Notes: generated from the sequence alone by a model not told the origin. Counted from the whole stretch's first letter, positions 45,828 to 58,381 are shown. The stretch is 63,079 bases of DNA, filler included, from Lenisia limosa (GCA_001655205.1; 14 parts of 14 records of this genome joined end to end with filler, not necessarily neighbours in it); one strand, 5' to 3'. Program-made: numbers and translations.

Positions 45828-48800
45828 GTAGCGCATCGTCTCGGCCGAACAGCCATCGATCCCGAAACGGAAATCACGTTTTCTGACGATGATGAGGATA
45901 CCCCGCCCTCCGAGGGGTCCCCGTTGGCTTTGAAGGAAATGAAACTGGTGGGGGCGGGGGGCTATATGATTAGGGAAATCTACAACAATTGAAATATCCC
46001 GCCAAATATCATCTTAATGTCTTATCAAATGTCTATATAAATAATCAATGTCTTAATAAATGTCTTATCAAATGTCTATATGAGAAATAACCAACTTAAT
46101 ATTCTACTAAATCGTGTGCCAAATGTCTACCATTGTTCACACCTCAGGACGGCTCCCCCAAAGCCGCCGAGGATGACGATGAAGGGTCCTATGTCCCTGT
46201 TGGGGGAGGGGGGTGAAATTTTGATGATGAATACTAATCACTAAGGTGAATTTTCGCTGTGAGTTTTTGTTTGTGTTTGTGTTTGTGTTGTTCAGCGGGA
46301 GGGAATATGATTCTAAGATGAGTTGAGCAGTTTGAACACAATAGGATATTATTAACCTACTGTTTTATTGGTTCTTTCAAAAGACGGTAGTAAAGCCTAT
46401 GTTGTCCTTCTGACTAGGGCTTCACTTCGGTTCGGGAAAATGACTGAATATCTCGATATATCCTCGAAAACTATCAATATTTTATGAGTCTTTTTCAGAC
46501 CTAGTAAAGCCCTTTGTTGTCCTTCTAACCCATCCCAGCCTCCCGCAGACGACCTTGTGTTGGCCACTATGCCCGGCCATAATGAGTGGATATCTACTGG
46601 TGGGGGGCGGGGGAGTAAAAATTGACTTTTTTTTTGAGGCTCACATGACCATCCAGGATGTTGGCCCTCGTTTACGACGGTTTTGACGGCGGCGGGAGAC
46701 AGGCTGAGACTCACCAAGAGTAACCCGAGGAAAGGATGGAATGTAGGCGTTGCTTCCCCAAAAAAGATTGATAAATCCTTGATACTATCGATTTTTTACC
46801 GGTATTTTTCGGATCGTAGGGGAGCCTTGCTTAGACTTTTAGTGTTCCTCTTTTCTTGATAAGTTAAAACTTTCTTCTTTTGCAGTTATATTTCTATATG
46901 AACTTGAACATGCTATTATTCCTTATTTGCTTGGTTAACGAAATTGGGTGGACAACTGCTTTTCTCTTTAAATGATTGATATTATACGCATGCATCATAT
47001 ACATGTATGTAACATGTTTCTGTAATTCGTTTTAGAAAGCATGGCAGATATCCGAAGTTGAAGGCGATGAGGTGAGCTCAAGGCAACCTGCCTTTTCATA
47101 ATTGGGGTGATTATTGTCTCTTTTTTTTTGAACAATACAGTTTTTTTTTGAAAAGTCAGAGAAATGAGGTCTTTTTTTACATCTTTATTTTGAAAGATTT
47201 CTTATCTCGATATTTTTCGTGGTGTTTTTTTTATATATAAAAATCTGATAGCCACCTTTACTGTTTGATTATTTCGTCCATTTGTATTAACCAACATATT
47301 CTTCACACGTATTATTTTGTAGACGTTGTGACGTTGGTGTTTGGTTTAATTCTGCTTTCTAGTATCTCTATGTAATATTATGTTACCCTAGATTCTATTT
47401 AATATATTTCCCTGTTCCCAAAAAGCCATCCTAAAATTGACCGCTTTGTTCATTTCTGTCAAAATTGACCTTATTAGTTCATTTCAGTCGGTTCGGATGG
47501 AAAGTCCTTTGTTACTGCAGTCACGGAGGAAAACGTTCACTCCGTATGGGGGGGGGGGGNNNNNNNNNNNNNNNNNNNNNNNNNNNACATACGATACTAT
47601 CACACCCCTGATATGGAGGCGTTAATCACGTTTCATTTCATTGATTTCTCCAACCATTTAGTTCGACTTCCAAACAGGGAGGCTGCAAGCGTCTTGGCCA
47701 AATCCTGCTAAATCCAAGGCGGCTGCGTGAGCCTCATATAATTAGGGCTTCTATATGGTCCCCGGTCTTTCACCTTAACCGCCAACCTCACCCGTTCTGG
47801 ACGATTGTCTTTCACCATTGCAGCGTTTCACCAAATGGCGGGTATTTGGCCCTCGGAGAAGGCTGTTTCCTGAAACTCTTTGCCAGACAGCAGGGTGATT
47901 CCTGGAAGGAGGTGTGTGCTCCTCCCAAAACAAAACAAAACAGAACATCCCCCCTCACACCACAGATACAGACCCTCCAAGCTGGAGAAGAAGAGGAAGA
48001 TGAGGCGTCTATCATTACTTGGTCCCTTGACGGCAGAATAGCAGCGGCTGGCCTGGTGTCTGGGTGGGTGGGGTATGTATTCTAATTAGCTGGGAGAGGA
48101 GAGGAGATATGAATATAATATTTCACGGCTGGAGTGATGGGATGCGGTGCTGCAGAAGCGACTGTTATCAACCTTCATGTGTTTCAATAACAGAGTTGAT
48201 TTTGGGCTTTGATGTTTCGTAAATTCTCCATTTTTACTTCTCTCAGCCAACAGAGTTGATTTTGGGCTTCTCTTTTGTTTCATAATTTTCCATTTTTACC
48301 CCCTCCCCCAGATGTGTGCATGTGGTGCATCTAGATCAAAGATCATCGCCGTCATCTCAAGGCTTTGCTGGCAACCCCGTTTGCCCCCTCGGTGCTGAAG
48401 TAGGCTTTCTATTCATAACAATCAAATAAAAAAATACTTCATTGTAATTATCCCCGATGCCTCACGATTCAGATCCAGGCGATCAGCGTGTCCCCCCATG
48501 GTGACGTGGCATTTGTGGCCTCAACTAATCCGTCAGAAGCTGTCGTGTTCCGAGCCAACGGCTCAATTGCGGCTAATTTGTCCGGGCACCAGGTGAGGGG
48601 CCCCTCACCTGGGGGGGGGGGGGNNNNNNNNNNNNNNNNNNNNNNNNNNNNNNNNNNNNNNNNNNNNNNNNNNNNNNNNNNNNNNNNNNNNNNNNNNNNN
48701 NNNNNNNNNNNNNNNNNNNNNNNNNNNNTTTTACACTGCCAGGCTATGGTAGCTTCAATTGACTTTGTGGACACAGATCCTCTGACTGTTGCAACGGCCT

Positions 48801-49738
48801 CCTGGGATGGCCAAGTACTTGTATGGGGATTTGGGGTGCATCACCTATCATTATCATCATTACTACACATCATTATCAGTTATCACCATCAACACAAACA
48901 ACAACACCATCATCACCACCAACCACAACATCATCAGTATCACAATCATCATCATCATCATCATAACAACAACAATACCACCACCACTACCACAACATCA
49001 TCGTTAAGATCTGGCCGATCACATCTGAACATCCTGATTCTGTCGGACCCAAACGACTATACAAGGTTGGGGGAGGGGGGGGGGAGGGACTTAGGCACTT
49101 CGGTTCGGGAAAATATCGATAGTTTTTGAGGATTTATCGAGAAATTCAGTCTTTTTTTGAACGGAAGTGAAGCCCTCAGGGTCCGGGACCCTACCTTTAT
49201 TTTATTCCTAAGAAAAACAGTATTTTCTTACTGTCAAAAAGCTTTATTTGTATTCAACATTAATGAATGTATTCAAAGTTCCCGGCTTCATCTTTGTTTC
49301 GTTTTAACACTCTTGTGCTCCTCAAATGTTTAGCCATCAAAATTAATTTTAGGCATTTTTTTTTTTGTTCCATATAATTTCCCAGTCCCCCTCCCCCAGA
49401 ATTTTCCAATTTTTCACTCCTAAAGGGTATGGCAACGATGGTCAGATCCGGGCCGGGAGGAGTCCGAATGGTGTGCGGTGGAGACAATGGCTCGGCCGCC
49501 GTACTGCNNNNNNNNNNNNNNNNNNNNNNNNNNNNNNNNNNNNNNNNNNNNNNNNNNNNNNNNNNNNNNNNNNNNNNNNNNGTAGGGGTGGGGACAAGTT
49601 TTAGTTTTGCTGTTTCAGATTATTCAGTTCGTGATTGGTACCTTTACGCCAATTTCTTTATCGAAAATTCCTTCGTTTTATTCCCCCCAGGTCGAAGGGA
49701 TTCGATATCAAAACGGCTGTGATGTTGACCTTCTTTAA
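45828..49738 (+). CDS. WD40-repeat protein, multi-exon, start not located
   Basis: Phase-consistent exons 45828-45948, 46148-46198 and 46539-46599. WD-like segments VSPNGGYLALGEGCFLKLF, AISVSPHGDVAFVAST...NLSGHQ and VASIDFVDTDPLTVATASWDGQVL|IWPI. Last exon VEGIRYQNGCDVDLL* with TAA at 49736-49738. Confidence 0.75.
48125..48311 (+). repeat. Intronic repeat family D ending at a 3' splice acceptor (representative copy)
   Basis: Consensus ggagtgatgggatgcggtg(t/c)tgcagaagcgactggcctgggc..ttgttttcaaccctcgtgt..cagccaacagagttgattttgggctt..tttgtttcataaattttccaattttactcccccc..AG. Copies at about 6395, 6560, 16850, 40215, 42285, 48125 and 61640 (+), and 15740, 22464, 49959, 50510, 56755, 58473 and 58848 (-). 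Confidence 0.9.
48840..49005. repeat. Imperfect CAT/CAA/CAC trinucleotide microsatellite in a WD40-gene intron
   Basis: catcatcatcat...aacaacaac...caccaccac tract between the donor after DGQVL and the acceptor before IWPIT. Confidence 0.85.
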
Positions 49739-49894
49739 GTTATTTATGATGTTTCCCCAGGTTCTTGTGTATTTAATGCGAAAATGTAAGTTCTTTGTAC
49801 AATAATCCCACGAGTGATCAAAGAAACTTGAAATCTTCTATTGGCAAATAAACATCACATCATATTACACACCTAATTAATACCTGGGGCTGGC

Positions 49895-50509
49895 TTAGGC
49901 CATATCAACGTTTTCGGGCCTCAGCTGCCATACGCCACCGGAGAGATTGGCCACGTCACTGGGGGGAAAGTAAGGAAAATATGAAACAAAAAAAAGGCCA
50001 CTCAACTTTGTTGGCAATCTGGGGGGAACATTGCAGAGTTAGTGAACAGAAAAATCCCAAAATCAACTCTGTTGGCTGAACACGAGGGTTGAAAACAAAA
50101 CAACAAACAACTCCCAGGCCAGTTTTGTTTCAAAATGAAACACATATGGGGGGGGGGGGNNNNNNNNNNNNNNNNNNNNNNNNNNNNNNNNNNNNNNNNN
50201 NNNNNNNNNNNNNNNNNNNNNNNNNNNNNNNNNNNNNNNNNNNNNNNNNNNNNNNNNNNNNNNNNNNNNNNNNNNNNNNNNNNNNNNNNNNNNNNNNNNN
50301 NNNNNNNNNNNNNNNNNNNNNNNNNNNNNNNNNNNNNNNNNNNNNNNNNNNNNNNNNNNNNNNNNNNNNNNNNNNNNNNNNNNNNNNNNNNNNNNNNNNN
50401 NNNNNNNNNNNNNNNNNNNNACAATAAATAACTCCATCACCTTCTTATCTTTGCTGAGCTCAGAGTGGCGCTCACGCATCTCCTCCAAAGGAATTCGGTG
50501 GGAGAGGCC
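49895..50509 (-). CDS. 3' end of an unknown gene convergent with the WD40 gene
   Basis: Exon GLSHRIPLEEMRERHSELSKDKK| and last exon 49895-49958 DVANLSGGVWQLRPENVDMA* (TAA). Both acceptors are preceded by family D. Confidence 0.6.
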
Positions 50510-50660
50510 CTAGGGGGAGTAAAATTGGAAAATTTCTGAAACAAAAAAGCCCAAAATCAANNNNNNNNNNNNNNNNNNNNNNNNNNNNNNNNNNNNNNNN
50601 NNNNTTAATTAATTAANNNNNNNNNNNNNNNNNNNNNNNNNNNNNNNNNNNNNNNNNNNN

Positions 50661-50807
50661 TTCCTCACCCCCATCCAGCTGGGATCCTTGACACTTTAGC
50701 TATTTCCTCACCCCCATCCATCTGGGATCCTTGACACTTTAGTTATTTCCTCACCCCCATCCAGCTGGGATCCTTGACACTTTAGCTATTTCCTCACCCC
50801 CATCCAN
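50661..50807 (-). repeat. 43-bp tandem repeat, at least 3.4 copies, containing a probable splice donor
   Basis: Unit ttcctcacccccatccagctgggatccttgacactttagctat starts at 50661, 50704, 50747 and 50790. The minus strand reads VKDPSWMG|gtgagg. Confidence 0.9.
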
Positions 50808-51229
50808 NNNNNNNNNNNNNNNNNNNNNNNNNNNNNNNNNNNNNNNNNNNNNNNNNNNNNNNNNNNNNNNNNNNNNNNNNNNNNNNNNNNNNNNNNNNNN
50901 NNNNNNNNNNNNNNNNNNNNNNNNNNNNNNNNNNNNNNNNNNNNNNNNNNNNNNNNNNNNNNNNNNNNNNNNNNNNNNNNNNNNNNNNNNNNNNNNNNNN
51001 NNNNNNNNNNNNNNNNNNNNNNNNNNNNNNNNNNNNNNNNNNNNNNNNNNNNNNNNNNNNNNNNNNNNNNNNNNNNNNNNNNNNNNNNNNNNNNNNNNNN
51101 NCTACTGTTCTTGACCTCGACATCGATAGTTTACAGGTTTTTCGAAACCGAAAGTGAAGCTCACATTTATATTCTTTGTGATGGTCGACGGCTTCGGCCT
51201 GATTCTCCTTAACATCTCTACCTTCTACA

Positions 51230-52149
51230 ACTCCACATTGAACCAACACCGCCTAAGACTCCAGGTTGTCGTTGTTGCTAGGTCAGCCTTTAGCCGTACT
51301 GCTCTACTACAGGGAGTTTTACCTCAACACGCGACAATAGCTTCTTTATTATTTTTCATATGTTGTTTTTGGTGTTTTTGTACATGTATTATTCGAATCG
51401 AAGAAATTGGGGGTGGTAGCGGCTGTAGTTTAAAAAAATAAAAAGTGGTAAAAGTGGTATTTTTATGAACAACACTTAAAAAAAATAAAAAGTTAATTTT
51501 TTGCAACTAGAGCCGCTTTTTCAAAGAGCCACCTCATTTTTGAATTGGGCTTGTCCGCCAGTATGACTCCCCCCTTCTTTAGCGATCAACCACCGATCTA
51601 CAATTTTTACTAAAGGTGTATCGTAAAAGTAGCAAAGCCAGTGACTCATATTAAAGATTCAAGGAGCTTGTATGACATCAACACACCACAACTTTGAATC
51701 AATTACATTAATTTTACTTGAACTATCATTTCAGCAAAACTGTCGGGAAGGGTGTAGCACCGAGAACATTCCTTTTAAGGTACATATACATATAGCTATA
51801 CCATACTATGCTCAGTGACCGGGATAAGTCTTGACCTTTTCCTTGGATAATCACACAACAAATCGGTCAGGACTTATCCCGGTCACTTTATTGTAAGTAA
51901 CAGATCGATTAAATTGGGCACCTTCCACTATTTCGTGATATTTCTCTAGTCCACTATCAGGCAAGACTAATCACATTGGCATAGCTGCAATATATGATGT
52001 ATAATTATATTAGGTATAAAATATACTATACACAATAATGGTAAAATAAAACACGCATAACAATATGAGACTAGTTAATACACAGAAGTTGGGAAGTAGT
52101 ACCAATGGAAGGGGTCGTCAGGTACATACCCATGAACGTTGGCGGGAAG
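51230..52149 (-). CDS. Short exons of an unknown gene
   Basis: Candidate GT-AG exons LPANVH|, DRWLIAKEGGVILADKPNSKM|, KLLSRVE| and QQRQPGVLGGV. Confidence 0.35.
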
Positions 52150-52419
52150 NNNNNNNNNNNNNNNNNNNNNNNNNNNNNNNNNNNNNNNNNNNNTTAATTA
52201 ATTAANNNNNNNNNNNNNNNNNNNNNNNNNNNNNNNNNNNNNNNNNNNNAACATTTCTAGGGGGTGGAGAAGCGGAAACACAACATTTCTCAGGGGTGGA
52301 GAAGCGGAATGTGCATAGCCTTCTAGCGGTGGCTACCTGTACGTACTGTTTCAATTTGCTATCCCAATAGTTTATTCATTGGTACTCTCACATAATTTCC
52401 CAAAATGACCAATGACCAG

Positions 52420-55400
52420 GCTCACCAAACTCCTCTATTCGAAGCGGCTTGCCAAGGACGAGTGGAAATTGCCCATCTTTTGATTGAGCGCGGGGCGAGC
52501 GTCAACACTATTGATATTGTGAGTTGGTGGGTTGGTATTAGGAGTTTGTGTTTAAATATCATATTCAAGAAATTTCAAGAAATTTTGTCTTCATAACAAT
52601 TGAAACCACTTGGGCAAATTGATACCATCCTACAATCATGATCTTTATACTATAAACCTTGATGAAAGCGTCTTCTGTCATTTTAATTAAAATTTCTTTT
52701 TTTTAGTCATTTACCGCTCCCCCTCCAGGATCTCCAAACACCTCTTTTCAAAGCTGCCCATAGCGGACATATTGAGATAGTGAGGCTTCTACTCCGCCAT
52801 GGGGCTCAGATCGATGTAAGAGACAAAGTATGAGGGTTTGATTGCTTTCATCATCATAATCAACGAGATTGTTAAAATTCGCTCATTGGGGAAGTCCCAC
52901 ACTTTTTCAATAAGGGACTCTCTTTGCAGCACAAGTTGAATAATGGTTCAGTATTTCAACAATTTATCTCCCAAAAATACAAAAGAGAGAGAACACACGT
53001 ACTTTCGGTTCTCAAAATGCTTGAAACAAGCATTTTTGTGAATTCCTCACCACGGTGTCTGTATTTTGATTTTGGCTAAATAGCAGTGAGGCACGACGAT
53101 ATCCCCCCCACACACACATTTTACCCCCTGCCCAGATTGGACAAACCGTTCTCTTCACTGCAGCCAAAGCAGGTCAAACGGAGATAGCAAGAGTCTTTCT
53201 TGACAAGGGTGCTGATGTGGATGCTCGAGACAAGGTGGAGGGTGTTGAAATTTGAAATTAAATTGTCTGAAATGCAGTACTCATTGGTTACATTACGCCC
53301 CATACTTTAAATTTTGAAATTTCTCAGTAACAGAGTCCAAATTAAACAAATCGTAAAAGTGACATTATACTTACTCTCCTAGGATCAGCAAACACCGCTC
53401 ATCAAGGCTGCTCGGAGTGGTCATGTGCACACTGTTGAGCTTCTTCTCGATCGTGGCGCAGACGTGAATGCTGTTGATAAAGTGGGAAGGGTGTACCTTT
53501 TGTATCTGATTAACTGGTGTGTATTAATATATAAGAGTACATGTCTCTGAATTTCTCGATAAATTCTCGAAAACTATCGATAATTTAACCGACCTTTTCG
53601 TCAGAAGTGAACCGCTAATTGTTGGACACTGATATTGGGGGAGGGGTGGTGTAGTTCCGATATTGTAGCACTCCATTTCTTCAGATAGTTTTCTTACAAT
53701 TACACTCCTCAGAACCAGCAAACTGCCCTGTTTAAAGCAGCTTGGAACGGACATCTGCAGCCCTTCAAGGCGCTACTCCGATGTAACGCCGACTTCAAAT
53801 TGAGAGATAAGGTAAGTCTTATGCTTCAGTTTTCGCTGACGGTGGTGAAGTGATAGTTTTTACTGAAATATGTGGAGTCAATTATATGTCATATGGGGGG
53901 GGGGNNNNNNNNNNNNNNNNNNNNNNNNNNNNNNNNNNNNNNNNNNNNNNNNNNNNNNNNNNNNNNNNNNNNNNNNNNNNNNNNCTCTTTATGTCCATTT
54001 GGTCGCTCTCCCTTATCACTTTCTCCATTGACAGTTGTAATGAAGGGAAATGATGAATCACTGAATACATATTACTGTTCTCACTTTTCTCTAATATATC
54101 ACATATATACAACAGTGACTGTGGTTATTTTTTCGATTCTCCTGAAGATTAATTAAACTGGGCTTGGTCATTTTAGATGATATTGTAGACATGGGAACTA
54201 CTCTGAGACTACTAACTACAACTAATTCCCGGATTAGAGGAACTATTATATCATACATTTCTTTCATCAACACTGTCTTCCTTGAGCCCCGCTAAATTAC
54301 TTTATGTATTATTCTGGCTCTCTCACAATTACCTTCACCCGCATTAGAACCTGGAAACTGTACTCTATCCCGCAATTCAAGGTGGCAGCATCCCCGCTGT
54401 CCGTCTTTTGCTGGAGCTTGGCATCGATGTCAAGAACGAGAATATGGTGTGTGATGGGTGATTGAGCTATGTATTGGAAGATTGATATGACATATACTAT
54501 ACGCTAAATACTCATTACTGTTCTCATTTTCTATGTTTTGGAGGGTTGAGAAAATGTAGTGTGAGTGAAAGTATAGTGTGTGACGGATGATTGAAAGTGT
54601 CAGCCGGATAGTAAGAAATTTGGACAAAGAGTAGTTCTTAAGTCCGCAAAAGTATGGTACACAATGGATGATTTTCAGTATGGTGTGTGATGAAAGCAAA
54701 GAAGTATTGTGAGAGGGAGGAAGACTTAGGGGTGTATAAACCAGGTTGTATTAGGGTATGTTGTCAATCCATCGAATATTTAACCCAAAGAAAATTCCTT
54801 TTTCTTTAAACTTCCTTTTTTCATTTCTGCAGTATGGTATAACAGCCTATGAAATGGCGTGTTTGAAAGGCCACAAGGAAGCCTCAGAGCTCTTATGGGC
54901 TTGGATTGCGCGCATGCCAAAAAAATCCATTGGCACTGTTTGGAAACTCTTTAATGACGTTACGGCTCGACCGGTCGCAATGGCTAGGATGGTCCCCTTT
55001 GTACAGGTGACTGGAACTTGGCTTTTTTAATTAAGTGGATTTATTATTATGAATGTTTTACCTGTCTTATCGTTTAATGAAATTTATAAAATTCACAGCG
55101 TGAGCGTGATTGTGTGGAACGCTTGGTTTGTTTCTGCAGATGATATCAGAACACACACACTATATTAGATATCGTATGTACAATATGTTTCATGTGGAAA
55201 GATGTTTGATGTAAAACTGTTTTGTTTTCATCTCCTTGCTTAACATTTCAGTGGGGCTCTGATCTTCTCTCCCCAATAGCATCACCCCTCGCTTCCAACA
55301 CTTCAGCGTTAGTTGAAGCTGTTTCGACAAAGGTTCTGATGTTCACTCCAATTGAGGTTCTATTCGTATCTCACCAGTCTGCATGGGTATTTAATGGCAT

Positions 55401-57588
55401 GATTATCACAGATTAGTGCTGATTAAACCAGAATTTAGTTTTGAATTTGTTCAAGACAATAAGAAAGGTGGAATTTTATAGACGCTGTTGTAGCTCTTGC
55501 ATGCATGGGGGGGGGGGGGTACTGAAGTTGNNNNNNNNNNNNNNNNNNNNNNNNNNNNNNNNNNNNNNNNNNNNNNNNNNNNNNNNNNNNNNNNNNNNAG
55601 TTGCTGAAGACTGATTTTGAGGAGTTCCGCCGCCTCATTCAGAGGGGTGGAGTTTTAATGAAGCTGTTGTAGCTCGAGTCTCTTGCATATACCTGGCTTA
55701 TCAACTCAAAGTTTTTAACAGAAGCCGTAGTTTATGATGATACAATACAAACAATGTATAACAAATTATTAGTATAATTTTCTTAACCTTGCAGGATTGA
55801 TGCCCAGTTGAACACTATGATTGAAAAGATAGCACAATTCGTTAAAAACGTAAGGTGATCTTAGAAATTGGGGAATCCAATACAATTTGGTAACCTTATA
55901 AAGGTACATATGATTATGACCCGCACTGCAATTTTCATCATTTAGGATAGTCGGTGTATTGTGTTTACCTGATTTTTGTAGAGGTGAATAGGATCGCTGA
56001 CAAGGTGTATTCTTCTGAGTTTGACTTTCTGCGTAGAGTTATTTTTATTTTATGTTAGTGTCATCTTTTTGTGTTTTTGTTTCTTGTTTCAGCTGCAAAT
56101 ATGTACTTATTCAACTGATATTCAGTGGGATATGGAACCTTCACACTCACCCCTTTCTTCACCAAACTCACTTTGTTGAGACCTAGATTGCAGCCTCTTT
56201 CATCAATTTCATCGGTAACTTCTGTAACCTTTTTTCTTTTTTGGACAATTGGGCGAACACGAATTTCAAAAAAGCTTACACCCGCCTTATTGAAAAAAAT
56301 TTGAGCATTCCAATCTTTGCAATCTCTTTTGTCTAACCATTTTGAGCTGAGAGTTTCATAATAGAAAAAGAAAAATCACAATAAGCTTAAATAAAACAAG
56401 TTAAGAATGGAGAAACAAAGGGCATCACAGCTACACGATGTTCTGATATGCAAGGCGCTTGGATCTTTTAAACGAGATGATTCCTAAAGTAGTGACCACT
56501 TAAATTCATACAGCAAGGTGACTTCGACACATAACACTACGGAATGTCGACCTGGGATTCCTATGTAGTTTGGGTATCAATAAATTTCTTTGTATTTTCA
56601 TATAATAATGAAGCACAACACTACGGGCCTATCAACTTGGGATTCCGGTGTTATGGGGCCCAATATATTCTTAGTATTTTCATATAATTCGGATTTTCTA
56701 ACAAATAATGAGATCGCAACTTTTTCATTAGAATCCCAAGTCAATGCGCTGACAACACACAGGGTTGAGAACAAAACAAACAAAGCCCAGNNNNNNNNNN
56801 NNNNNNNNNNNNNNNNNNNNNNNNNNNNNNNNNNNNNNNNNNNNNNNNNNNNNNNNNNNNNNNNNNNNNNNNNNNNNNNNNNNNNNNNNNNNNNNNNNNN
56901 NNNNNNNNNNNNNNNNNNNNNNNNNNNNNNNNNNNNNNNNNNNNNNNNNNNNNNNNNNNNNNNNNNNNNNNNNNNNNNNNNNNNNNNNNNNNNNNNNNNN
57001 NNNNNNNNNNNNNNNNNNNAGAGTACGTAAGGGGCTATGGTTATTATGAAAGACTGTAATTAGGAAAACTAGTACTGTAATGAGTAAGGATTCTGGTTTG
57101 AGGATTGCAAAAAATTATTAAACTGAGTGTAAGCCAAAGGATATTGGGTAATTAGTAAGGTAATTAGTAAGTGCATATATCGATATGGAAGGACTGTTAT
57201 CAGAAGAAAAATACGAATGTAATTCGAAAAATATCGAAATCAATAATTTGTCCACAATCAACCCTTCATCTGAGCACACAAAAATAGAACAAACAAAATT
57301 GAATAAATTTTAGTGTTTCTCTGATTCCCTTTCGAAATTGATTTACACAAAGAGAAGAACTATAAACAATCAGTCTCAAAGATGTGAATGGATTGTGTCC
57401 ATTTCATTTCATCCTTTTGCGTATGGGTATATCATATATTATACGTATTATGCACATGTGATCTCAACACTTTGTCATTTATCTGATTCTTGTGTCGTCG
57501 TTATCAATATGAGTCTACCAGATGCACAGGGTGAACCAGAGTATGCCTTTTCTTACCGTTTCGAGAGCCAAGAACTTCCAAATTTGAT

Positions 57589-57619
<31 letters not shown>

Positions 57620-57653
57620 ACGAATCGGAGGGAGGACCGAAGTCGCACACCTG
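52420..57653 (+). CDS. Ankyrin-repeat protein (at least 7 repeats) with unknown C-terminal region
   Basis: Six exact 99-nt phase-0 exons (52420-52518, 52729-52827, 53136-53234, 53383-53481, 53713-53811, 54348-54446), each one repeat, e.g. QTPLFKAAHSGHIEIVRLLLRHGAQIDVRDK. Exon 54833-55006 starts with a seventh (GITAYEMACLKGHKEASELL). The extent beyond about 56230 is uncertain. Confidence 0.92.
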
Positions 57654-58284
57654 AAAATGTGAGAAAACACTGGGATGAGAAGAGATAGATTAAACCAAGA
57701 GATGAAACACACCGTGTGAATTGGTCAAAATGAAATATGAAACTTTTTGAAAATGATAAAGCTCATGTTGACTGAGATCTAATCTCATAAAACGAAACTC
57801 CAATAATTTCTGTAACTCGAGACTTTGAAAGTGGTTGAGTAGGTATCAAACAGCATTCGTTCTCTCGATGATTGTCGTAATTTATCGATTTTTGGGAGAA
57901 TATATTATCAAAAAAAACTACCACTTGTTCATGCTGACACCATCATCATTTCCTAATGTGATGACGTTGTGTGAGACAAAGGGGGTGCGGACAAGTTACG
58001 TTAAACCGAGTATGGAATGGTAAAATATGACGTGTCACAGTTCCTGATCTGACCACCTTTCGCTTTCCTTATGTTGGCTATTTTCGATTAAAAGTGCTGT
58101 TAGATAAATGTTAAGGGCAATTAGACCAGTGTCAGCCCTCAAAAGGCTCCCAACAAAACACTTCTAGTTTAGCTTTTGGAGATTAAAAGGAGATTAGCTG
58201 CCTGTCTGCGTAACATTTGCGTAAAAATACTATATCAGGAGCCTCATACAATCCAACTCATATTACCCCCCCCCCTATTATAAC

Positions 58285-58381
58285 TAGGGCTTCACTTTGG
58301 TTCAAAAAATACGGGGGGGAAATCGAAAATTTTCGAAGATTTATCGAGAAATTCAGTCTTATGTGAACCGAAGTGAAGCCC
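58285..58381. mobile_element. MITE family A (about 100 bp, TA-flanked TIR GGGCTTCACTTCGGTTC), representative copy
   Basis: tagggcttcactt(c/t)ggttc...atcga-rich core...gaaccgaagtgaagccc(ta). About 25-28 complete or partial copies by eye, e.g. 2923-3006, 3104-3206, 4250-4348, 7135-7213, 9672-9757, 16190-16290, 17366-17455, 26751-26839, 28465-28598, 46414-46512, 49092-49176, 58970-59054. Confidence 0.9.

Noticed and set aside
45828-46600. Alternative minus-strand exon reading (e.g. RGILIIVRKRDFRFGIDG; DIGPFIVILGGFGGAVL)
   Set aside because: G-run/C-run symmetry makes both strands look spliceable, but only the plus-strand exons join in consistent phase and lead into WD40 motifs.
48789-49129. Poly-His/Thr/Ile ORFs
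   Set aside because: Translation of an intronic CAT/CAA microsatellite. The flanking exons join in frame (DGQVL|IWPIT) without it.
375-57049. Many listed ORFs containing long X runs
   Set aside because: They are open only because they cross N gaps, so they are not evidence of coding sequence.
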